Source of the DNA: Microcoleus sp.
GTDB lineage: Bacteria; Cyanobacteriota; Cyanobacteriia; Cyanobacteriales; Microcoleaceae
DNA: 64,000 bases
Reading direction: 5' to 3'
NCBI GenBank assembly: GCA_042408215.1
Contig: JAYFMW010000019.1
Location: 1-64,000 of the forward strand
Shown here: piece by piece, positions 1 through 9,610 of the stretch
Layout: each line of letters opens with the position of its first letter
How positions within the stretch are numbered: position 1 is the stretch's first letter
Notes under the pieces: model-generated
Told to the model about the DNA's origin: nothing
Database searches by the model: none
Seen by the model: only the letters and a program-made list of their open reading frames with translations
Position numbers and translations under genes: made by a program

Positions 1-120
1 TTCTGTCTCAGTCCCTTAATTTCACCTTGACATTTTTCTCGTTGTTTGCGATATTGAGTTTAGCTCTCGCTTTCACTCTCTATCTGTTAATTTTTTGACG
101 AGGTTAATAGTGCTTTAAGC

Positions 121-218
121 TTTCAAACTATTCTTTTTTCTAGGTTCAGCGCGCGTTTCGGTGAATCGCTTCTCTTCCGGCGCTTTATTAATATACTTAC
201 TTCGCCTGGTGTTGTCAA
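121..218 (-). promoter_or_regulatory. sigma70 promoter and boxA-like leader, probably of an rRNA operon lying left of the window
   Basis: Minus strand reads TTGACA (218-213), 17 nt spacer, TATATT (195-190), then GAACCTAGAAAAAAGAATAGTTTGAAA (147-121), resembling cyanobacterial rrn boxA/16S leader. Confidence 0.7.
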
Positions 219-421
219 GCGTTTTGTGAAACTATTTTTGACTTTTTTTTAAACCTATACACTGTCAGGGTTTCGGCTTTTGGACCAGGCTCCGACATCC
301 GCTGGCTGATGCCTCTTTTCCGGAAGGGGTCTTTTTTTCGGCACTCCGGGGGCTTTTTGGGCTCTGAAGCTCCCGCCTATGGGTAGAATGTCTCTACATG
401 ATGTAGATGTCCTATATATAG

Positions 422-1696
422 ATGTTCGATCGCCCGCTCATGAAAAAAACTACAGCTCGCCCTAGTGCCTTATTCCTTACCTGTGCTTCACTGCTGCTGG
501 CTTGCAGTCAGACGAACACTCCCCAAACCTCTACCACAGCATCTCCGGCGACTTCGCCATCTGCTGGTGCTTCACCAGGGGGTTCGGCTGGGGGAAGTTC
601 CAACACTATATATATAGGGATTGGGGTGGCCCAAACTAGCAATGTGGCTTTACTCGGCCAGGAGCAAGTGGCTGGGGCGAAAATTGCTGAGAAGTATTTC
701 AACGACAAGGGCGGTGTGGATGGGACGCCGATTAAACTGGTGTTCCAAGATACTGGTGGAGATGAACAAGGGGCGATCAATGCATTCAATACTCTGATCA
801 ATCAGGATCAGGTGGTGGGTATTGTGGGCCCAACTCTCTCCCAGCAAGCTTTTAGTGCCGATCCGATCGCCGATCGCGCCAAAGTACCGGTTCTCGGACC
901 CTCCAACACGGCTAAAGGCATTCCCCAGATTGGGGATTATGTCGCCAGAGTCTCCGCGCCTGTAGCCGTGGTAGCACCTAACGCAGTTAAAGCCGCCCTC
1001 AAGCAAAATCCCAATATTAAGAAAGTAGCGGTGTTTTTTGCTCAGAATGATGCCTTTAGCAAATCTGAGACTGAAACTTTCCAGACAACGGTTAAAGATA
1101 TGGGTCTAGAATTGGCAACAGTCCAAAAATTCTTGACTACTGATACAGATTTCCAATCTCAAGCCACTAATGCGATAAATGTCAAGCCCGATCTGATAAT
1201 TATTTCCGGGTTGGCCGCTGATGGAGGTAATTTAATCAAGCAATTGCGGGAGTTGGGTTACAAAGGCGTTATCATTGGGGGCAACGGTCTGAATACTTCT
1301 AATGTATTTGCTGTTTGTAAGGCGCTCTGTGATGGGGTTTTGATTGCCCAAGCATACAGCCCGGAATATCAGAATGAAATTAATAAAGCTTTTCGTGAGG
1401 CTTATCGCGCTCAATTTAAGAAGGAACCGCCTCAATTTAGCGCTCAAGCTTTTACTGGCGTACAAGTTTTTGTTGAGTCGCTAAAGGCGATAAATGCTCA
1501 GTCGAAGGTTAGCCAAAAACCTTTGGCAGAATTGCGTACAAATTTGAATCAGCAATTGTTGGGTGGAAAGTATGATACGCCTTTGGGGGAAATTTCTTTT
1601 ACGCCTGAAGGTGAGATTAATCAAAAAGACTTTTATGTGGCACGGATTAAGATGGAGGCGGATGGCAATAATGGTAAGTTTGAGTTTTTGAAATGA
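422..1696 (+). CDS. branched-chain/neutral amino acid ABC transporter substrate-binding lipoprotein (LivK/NatB-like); start may be 440
   Basis: Lipobox LLLAC, Ser/Thr/Pro/Gly linker, PBP type-1 motifs, followed by LivH/LivM permeases. Confidence 0.9.
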   Translation: MFDRPLMKKTTARPSALFLTCASLLLACSQTNTPQTSTTASPATSPSAGASPGGSAGGSSNTIYIGIGVAQTSNVALLGQEQVAGAKIAEKYFNDKGGVDGTPIKLVFQDTGGDEQGAINAFNTLINQDQVVGIVGPTLSQQAFSADPIADRAKVPVLGPSNTAKGIPQIGDYVARVSAPVAVVAPNAVKAALKQNPNIKKVAVFFAQNDAFSKSETETFQTTVKDMGLELATVQKFLTTDTDFQSQATNAINVKPDLIIISGLAADGGNLIKQLRELGYKGVIIGGNGLNTSNVFAVCKALCDGVLIAQAYSPEYQNEINKAFREAYRAQFKKEPPQFSAQAFTGVQVFVESLKAINAQSKVSQKPLAELRTNLNQQLLGGKYDTPLGEISFTPEGEINQKDFYVARIKMEADGNNGKFEFLK

Positions 1697-1797
1697 GGGA
1701 AGTTCGGCAACGGATTCTGTAACGGATGTAACGGATGGATGGAAGAGGGAAGTTCGGCAACGGATTCTGTAACGGATGTAACGGATGTAACTGATGT
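1697..1797. repeat. tandem duplicated GGGAAGTTCGGCAACGGATTCTGTAACGGATGTAACGGATG repeat
   Basis: Two direct copies; related copy at about 43263-43315. Confidence 0.8.
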
Positions 1798-1890
1798 CAG
1801 TCACACCGAAGAAGTAAGAGGGAAAAAGGAAAATCCGTGACGTATTTGTTGTTGAATGATTTCGGTGTGATGCTCAATTCTTAACTGGCG

Positions 1891-2841
1891 ATGGATTTAA
1901 CTCTGTTTCTGCAACAATTTTTGAATGGTTTGTCGATCGGCAGCGTGTATGCTATTTTTGCTCTGGGATATACGCTGGTGTTTTCGATTCTCGGAATTAT
2001 TAATTTTGCTCACGGTGCAATATTTACCTTGGGTGCTTATTTCACTTATGCGCTGATGGGAGGTACTTTCGGTTTTAATGGGTTGTGGGCTAATGCTCGA
2101 ATTCCCGTGGAATTGCCTTTTGCTGTGGCGTTAATTTTGGGAAGTGTCATGGCTGGTTTGGTTGGAGTAATTGTTGAACGAATTGCTTTTTTGCCTTTGC
2201 GCCGCCGACACTCTGATCCTCTGCTGACGGTGGTTTCTAGTTTGGGTGTTGCAGTGGCTATCGCCAATATCATCCAATATCTAGTGGGTGCGGAAATCTA
2301 CACTTTTCCTGCTAACACTTACGGCTATTTGCCTGCTGCAATTAACTTCGGTACAGTGGATAAACCTATTCCGATTCGGACTGTTCAAATAGTAATTTTT
2401 GTGGTATCAGTTGTGATTGTGGCTGTCTTAACTTATTTAATAAATTTCACTAAGTTTGGCAAAGCAATGCAGGCGGTGGCTGAAGATGCTACTACTTCTA
2501 GTCTGTTGGGTATTGATACCGATCGATACATTGTGTTGACGTTTTTTGTGAGCAGTTTTCTGGCTGGTTTGGCGGGGAGTTTGGTGGGTTCTAGTGTTAG
2601 TATTGCTGGGCCTTATTTTGGTATTGCTTTTGGTTTGAAGGGTTTGGCGGTGATTGTGCTTGGGGGCTTGGGGAGTATTCCTGGGGCGGTTTTGGGTGGG
2701 TTTATAATTGGTTTGGTGGAGGCTTTTGTGCCTGGTGATTTTTCGGCTTATAAGGATGCTGTGGCTTTTGCTATATTGTTTATTATGCTATTGGTTAGGC
2801 CGCAGGGTTTGTTTGGTCGGCGTTTGATTCAAAAGGTGTAA
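1891..2841 (+). CDS. livH: branched-chain amino acid ABC transporter permease
   Basis: NGLSIGSVYAIFALGYTLVF...INFAHG, GKAMQAVAED, GGLGSIPGA, RPQGLFG motifs. Confidence 0.92.
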   Translation: MDLTLFLQQFLNGLSIGSVYAIFALGYTLVFSILGIINFAHGAIFTLGAYFTYALMGGTFGFNGLWANARIPVELPFAVALILGSVMAGLVGVIVERIAFLPLRRRHSDPLLTVVSSLGVAVAIANIIQYLVGAEIYTFPANTYGYLPAAINFGTVDKPIPIRTVQIVIFVVSVVIVAVLTYLINFTKFGKAMQAVAEDATTSSLLGIDTDRYIVLTFFVSSFLAGLAGSLVGSSVSIAGPYFGIAFGLKGLAVIVLGGLGSIPGAVLGGFIIGLVEAFVPGDFSAYKDAVAFAILFIMLLVRPQGLFGRRLIQKV

Positions 2842-2862
2842 GATAATTAGGCGATTGAAATT

Positions 2863-2923
2863 GGGGCAACCACGGGGGGATTGCCCCTACAGAAATCGGG
2901 GCAACCACGGGGGATTGCCCCTA
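2863..2923. repeat. two tandem REP-like palindromes GGGGCAACCACGGGGGATTGCCCCTAC
   Basis: GTAG-ended palindrome; same unit at 57077-57101. Confidence 0.8.
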
Positions 2924-3066
2924 CATAAACTAATTAGATCGGAATGATTTAACCGCAGAGGACGCAGAGAACGCAGAGAAAGAGAAGAGAGAAATGAATG
3001 ATTATGATGGGACTGGATTTGAGATGAAGTTGGTATTTAAGTATGTTTATTATTTAAAATAAAATC

Positions 3067-4002
3067 ATGGCTGCATTTTTTACTACTTATGGGTTTTTGA
3101 TTGTCTCGATGTTGCTGGGTGCAATGTTGGGAATGTCGCTGTATTTGCCTTTAATGACTGGTCAGTTGTCTCTGGCTAGCCCTGGTTTTTATGCGTTGGG
3201 TGGGTATATTGCGGCGATTCTGTCTACGACGGTGTTTAAGCCGACAGGGGGTTTATTTCCTCTGCCATTGCTGTTGGTGGAGATGATAATTGCAGGGGTT
3301 GTTTCGGGGTTGCTGGGGATTTTGGTGGGAATTCCGGCGCTGCGGTTAAGTGGGATTTATTTGGCGATCGCAACTATTGCTTTTGTGGAAATTTTGCGGG
3401 TTTTATCGCTAAATCTGGATATCACTGGCGGGGCTGTGGGCATTTTTGGGATTCCGCAACCGTTTGCGACGCCGATCGAGTATTTGTGGATTGTACTACC
3501 TTTGCTGTTGGTAAGTATGGCGATTGTCTATCGGTTGGAACGGATTCGGGTGGGGCGGGCTTTTGCGGCGATTCGGGCTGATGAGTTGGCGGCGGATGCG
3601 ATCGGCATTAACCCAACTTTTTATAAGGTTTTGGCTTTTACGTTGGGTGCTGTTTTGGCTGGGGTTGTGGGTGCGATTAGTGCTCATTTTCTGAATACTT
3701 GGAACGCGCGTCAAGGTACTTTTGATGCTAGTATTATTTACTTGACTTCTGTGTTGATTGGTGGTAGCAGAAGTTTTCTGGGAGCAGTTTTGGGTGGGAT
3801 GGTGTTTACTGCTTTGCCGGAGGTTTTGAGGGGGATGGCGACTATTCAGGGATTGCCGGTTTGGTTGGCGCAATTTCTGCGGGATGGGCGGTTAATTATT
3901 TTTGGGGTGCTGATTGTTTTGGGGACGATATTTTTTCCGCAAGGTTTGGTGAAGCCGGAGTTGTTGAAGAGGTGGAGGAAGGGCGATCGCACTTCTGTTT
4001 AA
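3067..4002 (+). CDS. livM: branched-chain amino acid ABC transporter permease
   Basis: GQLSLA, LRLSGIYLAIAT, GRAFAAIRADELAA, FFPQGL motifs. Confidence 0.92.
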   Translation: MAAFFTTYGFLIVSMLLGAMLGMSLYLPLMTGQLSLASPGFYALGGYIAAILSTTVFKPTGGLFPLPLLLVEMIIAGVVSGLLGILVGIPALRLSGIYLAIATIAFVEILRVLSLNLDITGGAVGIFGIPQPFATPIEYLWIVLPLLLVSMAIVYRLERIRVGRAFAAIRADELAADAIGINPTFYKVLAFTLGAVLAGVVGAISAHFLNTWNARQGTFDASIIYLTSVLIGGSRSFLGAVLGGMVFTALPEVLRGMATIQGLPVWLAQFLRDGRLIIFGVLIVLGTIFFPQGLVKPELLKRWRKGDRTSV

Positions 4003-4179
4003 AATTAGATTTTTGGTAAACAAAGGTGCGATCGCCTCCCCAATCCTTATAGATCGCCTATCCAGAAAAACAGTAAGGGGCGATCGCATCCCCAGTCCTT
4101 ATCCATCGCCTATCTATAAAACCGTGTCTCACAGATCGCTTATGATAAATGTATCCTCGTATGTCTAGGAGTTTAAACT

Positions 4180-4398
4180 ATGTCTCTCGCTGAGTTAATT
4201 CCTTTGGTGAACAGTCTGAGCCAGCCAGACAAATTATCACTCTTCAAACTCCTAGCTGTGCAAATCCCAAAGGCTGAACTACAAGTTATCTTTTCTGCAT
4301 CAGAGTATCCGGTTTGGTCGCCCTACGACGCAACGGAAGCTGCAAACATTATGATGCAGATGATTCGGGATGACCGAGAGGCATCTACTCATGCCTAG
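4180..4398 (+). CDS. small hypothetical protein overlapping the protease gene
   Basis: AGGAG RBS; YPVWSPYDA motif typical of small cyanobacterial proteins; 8-nt overlap with next gene. Confidence 0.7.
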   Translation: MSLAELIPLVNSLSQPDKLSLFKLLAVQIPKAELQVIFSASEYPVWSPYDATEAANIMMQMIRDDREASTHA

Positions 4399-4783
4399 TA
4401 CGATCGAGTTTCCCTTTTCTGACGATGAAGCATTACCCACGATTCCGATCACTCTGAGTCATGCAGGTTTTTCTGTCTGCGCGAATGCACTGCTAGATAC
4501 TGGGTCTGCGGTCAACCTATTACCTTATGACATAGGGCTGCAATTGGGTGCAATTTGGGAGGAACAAACTATCCGCTTGCCATTGGCTGGAAATCTTGCA
4601 ATGGTTGAGGCGCGGGGTGTATTTGTGCACGTTCAAATTGGGAATCTGGAACCAGTTCGTCTAGCATTTGCCTGGGCACAATCCTCTCAAGTGCCCTTAA
4701 TTCTTGGGCAAACGAATTTCTTTCGAGAATTTGATGTTTGTTTTCAGAGATCGCGATGCACGATCGAGATTATCCGCTTCTAA
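4391..4783 (+). CDS. retropepsin-like (clan AA) aspartyl protease
   Basis: ALLDTGS catalytic motif and PLILG..FF C-terminal motif; start placed at ATG 4391. Confidence 0.8.
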   Translation: MPSTIEFPFSDDEALPTIPITLSHAGFSVCANALLDTGSAVNLLPYDIGLQLGAIWEEQTIRLPLAGNLAMVEARGVFVHVQIGNLEPVRLAFAWAQSSQVPLILGQTNFFREFDVCFQRSRCTIEIIRF

Positions 4784-4842
4784 TCAGCGTCGATGTCGAT
4801 TAGATTGATAATAGCTTTTAGTAAAAAGCGATCGCATTCGCT

Positions 4843-4962
4843 GTAGGTTGGGTTGAGCAGCATTGAGCTTGTTGCCTGTCATTTATCGAATCAGGCGAAA
4901 CCCAACATCCATTGGCTTGAGCGGGGCTTAGGTGTTGGGTTTCATGCTTCAACCCAACCTAC
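4843..4962. repeat. REPIN-like element with 14-bp inverted ends
   Basis: GTAGGTTGGGTTGA (4843-4856) ... TCAACCCAACCTAC (4949-4962). Confidence 0.75.
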
Positions 4963-5030
4963 GATGTGGGCTAATAGAATGGGGATGGCCCGCAATCTTT
5001 GTAAGGCGAGCAAGACCATGATACCTAAAG

Positions 5031-5495
5031 TTATGGATCGCCCACATACTGTAATTGATTAAGCGAGAATCGGATTGTTTGCTCATCACGAGCCACGAAA
5101 TTGTAACACTGAATCCGTCGTCCTTCAAAGCCACGACCAATGTTGTCAGCTACCAGACAAGCTTTGTATGAAGTACCTGCACGCAATTTATCAGTTACTA
5201 ACCGTGTTCTATCTTTATTCTGTGTCACATTTGAGTTCAGAACATTAATATTTGCACATCCTCCTGTACGCTCGTTGACGTTGAATTCAGGATCGGTGCA
5301 GATGTTGAAGTAGACAGCACCGCCTACGGGTGTAAAATCCCAAACAAATCTCATTTTTGCTATTTGTTGAGCCAAAGCCCCAGAAGATTGAAATAATGAA
5401 CCTGTAATCAGTAACCCTAGAAAAAAGGTTCCAGGAAGTTGAGCCTTTATCTTCTTCATACTTAACAATTTAAGTGTCAAACAATACGTTCCCAA
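5031..5495 (-). CDS. secreted hypothetical protein with 4 Cys
   Basis: Signal peptide-like MKKIKAQ...GALAQQ; beta-rich mature region. Confidence 0.65.
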   Translation of the reverse strand: MGTYCLTLKLLSMKKIKAQLPGTFFLGLLITGSLFQSSGALAQQIAKMRFVWDFTPVGGAVYFNICTDPEFNVNERTGGCANINVLNSNVTQNKDRTRLVTDKLRAGTSYKACLVADNIGRGFEGRRIQCYNFVARDEQTIRFSLNQLQYVGDP

Positions 5496-5661
5496 TCAAA
5501 ACCCAAGCCCGATCGCCCTGTCAGTGAAAAAAGACAAGGTGCGATCGCATCCCTACCCCTCATCAATCGCCCTGTCGGTGAAAAAAGATAAAGTGCGATA
5601 CTGCTGCGCTGTAGAGCAGATCGATTTAGTAGGAAATCCCTTCTCTCCAACAAGCCGCTAG

Positions 5662-6159
5662 CTATCTGTTCTCAGTTTTATAACAAGCATGACCACCGTC
5701 ACCCACAAAAATCCGACCCTCACCATTAAAGGGATTGAATAGGGGATTATTAGGCGAGTATTTCTGCCTGCACCAGTCCTTCAAATGATAGGAATTTTGT
5801 CGGCTTGTCCAAGTAGCTTGCCATTGTGAACCAGACTGACCGCTAGCGGTGATCGAACCTTCTAAACCTGCATTACGCCCAGAGAATGAAGCCTTGCTTT
5901 CAGCTTCGCTTTTACTAGAGCCTGACTCTGAAATCGCAACCCGACAAATAACATGGGTATCAGCTAAAGAAGCGACAATTTGGCCATTAGAGGCATTGAT
6001 TTTGCTTGCACAGTAAGCATCCCAATCAGATTGACCCAAGTCTCCTAACTTGACATTAACTAATCCTGCCATTACTGGTGATTGCAAACCTACAAAGATA
6101 GTGGTTGCGATCGCACTTGAACCTAAGATGATACTTGCAGCTTTTTTCATAATTGCCAT
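5662..6159 (-). CDS. secreted hypothetical protein with 4 Cys
   Basis: Signal peptide ending PVMA; repeated DWDAYC/DWCRQKY motifs. Confidence 0.7.
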   Translation of the reverse strand: MAIMKKAASIILGSSAIATTIFVGLQSPVMAGLVNVKLGDLGQSDWDAYCASKINASNGQIVASLADTHVICRVAISESGSSKSEAESKASFSGRNAGLEGSITASGQSGSQWQATWTSRQNSYHLKDWCRQKYSPNNPLFNPFNGEGRIFVGDGGHACYKTENR

Positions 6160-6566
6160 GAATCAAAAATTGATATGTTTCCAGGACAGTGGCATCACTA
6201 CATTTGACAGCAATGCGCTTTCATTGAATCTAGATAGCAGGCTATCGGGGAAAGCGTGACGTACTCATTCAGAGTATCTACACCCCACGCATAGCTTTTC
6301 GATCGCACCCTGATAGGTAACTTAGCGGTCTAACTATAGACATCGCAAAAGCCTGAAAACTGGTAGATGAAATTCTGTTCACTAATACAGGCGATAAAAC
6401 TAATTTTTATCTCTTTGCGTATCATAAGACCGATCGCTCAAAACTGCAAAGCGAAAAAAGACGGAAAAAGACGGGTATTTCTAAAATTGCGATGCAAGGC
6501 GGAAAAAGACTGATAAAGACGGATAAAGTCGGGTATACTAACCATAGTTCTCTGACAGCCCTACTG

Positions 6567-7076
6567 ATGGACACTGCCCATATCTTGCAATTTGTAGATG
6601 AAGTGGTCTGCGCGAAGACGGGCAAACATCTCAATGACTTGCAACGTAAAATTATCAAGGGAATACTGAAGCAACAAAAGTATTCTGATATTGCAGATAC
6701 TTACGGTTGTACGGCGGGTCATGCTAAGGATGTAGGTTACAAGCTTTTGCAAATGTTATCTGATGTTTTTGATGAACCAGTTGATAAATATAATCTTAAA
6801 TCTGTGCTAGAACGGCAATTGAATCTGAATATAAATTTTGGCGATCGCATACTACTAATTTTGGTAATAGCAATACAATTAACTATATCAATGGTTGCTC
6901 AGAACTACCCACTGCTACCCCAGATAAAACTCGGTCTGAAACTCCTGACTTCCAGGACAGCACAAATCAAGTTAAGATTGAAATGGTTGGTAAATTACGA
7001 CAGTTGGGATTGAAGGATGAGCAAATTGCAGGAGGTGCTAGGACTAGCCTTGGAGGTGGTGAGGCAGATAGATTGA
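6567..7076 (+). pseudogene. frameshifted cyanobacterial HTH protein (vWA-MoxR-associated N-terminal HTH type)
   Basis: KTGKHLNDLQRKII...YSDIA...LSDVFDEPVDKYNL N-terminus. A frame switch near 6849 and an extra G near 7031 would restore the tail LRQLGLKDEQIAEVLGLALEVVRQID*. Confidence 0.65.
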
Positions 7077-7119
7077 AAAGAATGAGTTTATTTTCCGATC
7101 GCTCTCTTGCCATTCATCA

Positions 7120-7389
7120 CTACACAGCCGCAGTCAAAGCTGTTAAAGAGTATGGAAGAAAAGCTAAAACAATATCATTTTCTGGAATACCTTGATCTAT
7201 CAAATTTTGGGTAATTCCACATTCCATGCCATCGTATTCAATATAAACTTTTCCATCTTGTAGGGTAATGTAAATTAAATTCCCTCTCACTCGCCGTCCT
7301 CTATCCCAACCCACTTGCATGAGAGCATAGCGATCGCGTGTTTCATCAAATACCGGATCTAGTCTAATGTCTCCATGAGATGGACGCAA
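7120..7389 (-). CDS. xisI: XisI family protein (start uncertain, no xisH partner)
   Basis: VFDETRDRYALMQVGWD...IEYDGME..I...L...GIP..DIVLAF; frame continues upstream as QIEKIVKQVILQYAK. Confidence 0.8.
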   Translation of the reverse strand: MRPSHGDIRLDPVFDETRDRYALMQVGWDRGRRVRGNLIYITLQDGKVYIEYDGMECGITQNLIDQGIPENDIVLAFLPYSLTALTAAV

Positions 7390-7469
7390 TTTAGCATATT
7401 GAAGAATAACCTGTTTTACTATTTCTCGATTTGTCGCGCTGGTATCGATTGTTTTACCTCGGTTTTTTC

Positions 7470-7517
7470 AGTCCGCGCAGGCGGACTTTGTTTGTGTAGA
7501 CGCGGTTTCAACCGCCG
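7470..7517. repeat. dispersed repeat GCGGTTGAAACCGCGTCTACACAAAC..AGTCCGCC..CGCGGACT
   Basis: Copies at 9445-9491, 9543-9587 (inverted pair) and about 56086-56135. Confidence 0.8.
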
Positions 7518-7540
7518 AGTCATAAAGGAATTTCTACTAT

Positions 7541-9406
7541 TTATCGATCGCACCCCCAAATCTTAATAGTTTTGTCACTACTGCCGCTAGCCAAAAACTC
7601 TCCTTCCGGGCTAAAATTAACAGAATAGACCGAGTTAGTATGACCTGCAATATTACAAATTTCATGACCGTCTTTAACTCGCCAAATCTTGATAGTTTGA
7701 TTGCTGCTGCTAGCCAGAATCTCGCCATCTGGACTAAAAGCAATAGAATCAACATACCACGAATGTCCTCTAATAGTTAAAACTTCTTGCCAATCTTTGA
7801 CCCACCAAATTTTAATCGTATTGTCGTGACTGCCGCTAGCCAAAAACTCGCCATTGGGACTAAAAGCTATGCAGCGAACGCAGTCTGTATGACCTGTAAG
7901 CGTGCGAATTAGCTGACCATCTTTGACTCGCCAAATCTTGATTGTTCTGTCCCAACTGCTGCTAGCAAGAGTTTCTCCATCCGGGCTAAAAGCCACAAAA
8001 TAAACTAAATTGATGTGACCCGCAAGCGTGCAAATTTCTTGCCCATCTTTGACTCGCCAAATCTTGATTGTTCTGTCCCAACTGCTGCTAGCAATCAGAG
8101 TGCCATCGGGACTGAAAGCTGCCCCGTAAACTGAGTTACTGTGCCCGATCAGGGTGCGAATTTCTTGCCCATCTTTCATCCGCCAAAGTTTGACAGTTTT
8201 GTCCTGGCTGCTGCTGGCTAGCATCAGTCCATCGGGGCTAAAAGCTACTGTATAAACCGAGTTAGTATGACCTGTAAGAGTCACTATTTCTTGGCCGTCT
8301 TCAACTCGCCAAAGTTTTATAGTTTTGTCATCGCTGCCGCTGGCTACAACTTCTCCGTTGGGGCTGAAAGCAACAGAGTAAATTAAGTTTTTGTGACCCG
8401 TTAGAGTGTGAATACATTGCCAGTTATAAGTTTGCTGCTGGGGCGGATTTGGAGTGGAAACGGGTTTAACTAACTTGGAAGTTGTTTGGGGAATTGCTAG
8501 GTCGATCGCAGCTTGGGGATTAATTTCTTTTAATACTTCAACAGCCGTTTGATAGCGACGGTTAGTAGCATTTTCAATCAGTTTATCTAAAACTTTACCT
8601 AGTTCTTCACTGACTGGGTTGTTCGCTAAATACTGTCGCCATATCCAGGCATCTTCACCGGGATCGAACAGGTCAAAAGGGGAAACTTGAGTTAGCAAAT
8701 AAAGGCAAGTTACGCCTAAACTGTACAAATCGCTGGTAAAAAATGCTTTGCCTCTAGCTTGTTCGGGGGCGATGTATTCGGGGCTGCCGATGCTGGTTCC
8801 TGTTTTGAGTAAAGCCGTACCTGTGGCAATTTTCGCGCAGCCAAAATCAACTAAAACTAATTGTTTGTCGGCGCGGCGAATGATGTTTCCTGGTTTGATG
8901 TCTCGGTGAATAATGTTGTGAGAATGGATGAAGTGAATTACGGGTAGTAAGCTATTGAGTAAGTCTTTAATTTGAGTGTCTGTAAATGTGCCTTCTTGTT
9001 CGACGATTTGTGCTAAATTTTGTCCGTCGATAAATTCTTGTACTACATATTGTCGGCTGTCTTGGATGGAATAGGCTAATAGTTCGGGAATTTGAGGGTG
9101 TTTGCCCAATTCGTCTAATCGCATTGCTTCTTGTTCAAAAAGTTGGGCTGCTTTTTTGCTGTTGCGACTGCTTGCTGATGGGATGAGTTGGTTGTCTGTG
9201 GGTAAAAATTGCTTGATGACGCAGCGGGGTTTTGAGGGTTTGTCTTCGTCTACGGCGAGAAATGTTCTGCCAAAGCCGCCTTGTCCGATCGCCTTTATGG
9301 CCCGGTATCTGTCGCGCAACAGCAGTTTCGATCGGCAATTTTTGCACAGTTTGGCTGCGGGGGGATTTTGCGGCTTGGAACAGTTAGGATTGAGGCAGTA
9401 ACTCAT
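7541..9406 (-). CDS. Ser/Thr protein kinase with C-terminal WD40 repeats
   Basis: YCLNPNC Cys motif, GQGGFG, HRDIKPGN, DFG, APE; seven GH...WD-like repeats. Confidence 0.95.
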   Translation of the reverse strand: MSYCLNPNCSKPQNPPAAKLCKNCRSKLLLRDRYRAIKAIGQGGFGRTFLAVDEDKPSKPRCVIKQFLPTDNQLIPSASSRNSKKAAQLFEQEAMRLDELGKHPQIPELLAYSIQDSRQYVVQEFIDGQNLAQIVEQEGTFTDTQIKDLLNSLLPVIHFIHSHNIIHRDIKPGNIIRRADKQLVLVDFGCAKIATGTALLKTGTSIGSPEYIAPEQARGKAFFTSDLYSLGVTCLYLLTQVSPFDLFDPGEDAWIWRQYLANNPVSEELGKVLDKLIENATNRRYQTAVEVLKEINPQAAIDLAIPQTTSKLVKPVSTPNPPQQQTYNWQCIHTLTGHKNLIYSVAFSPNGEVVASGSDDKTIKLWRVEDGQEIVTLTGHTNSVYTVAFSPDGLMLASSSQDKTVKLWRMKDGQEIRTLIGHSNSVYGAAFSPDGTLIASSSWDRTIKIWRVKDGQEICTLAGHINLVYFVAFSPDGETLASSSWDRTIKIWRVKDGQLIRTLTGHTDCVRCIAFSPNGEFLASGSHDNTIKIWWVKDWQEVLTIRGHSWYVDSIAFSPDGEILASSSNQTIKIWRVKDGHEICNIAGHTNSVYSVNFSPEGEFLASGSSDKTIKIWGCDR

Positions 9407-9444
9407 TCGATTTTGGATTGGGGATTTCGGATTTTAGATAAGAC

Positions 9445-9587
9445 GGCGGTTGAAACCGCGTCTACACAAACGAAGTCCGCCTCCGCGGACTGAAGAAAAT
9501 AACTGAAGAAAATAACAAAATTTTAACCGCCTTTGTCTTCAACCCGCGGAGGCGGGTTTTGTTTGTATAGACGCGGTTTCAACCGCC
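9445..9587. repeat. inverted pair of the dispersed GCGGTTGAAACCGC repeat
   Basis: Two opposed copies separated by an A-rich spacer. Confidence 0.8.
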
Positions 9588-9610
9588 CGGTCTTCTTATC
9601 CCAAGCTATT

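Noticed and set aside
6328..6334. Isolated GTCTAAC as another attC
   Set aside because: No preceding + strand gene end and no complementary arm or R' box found
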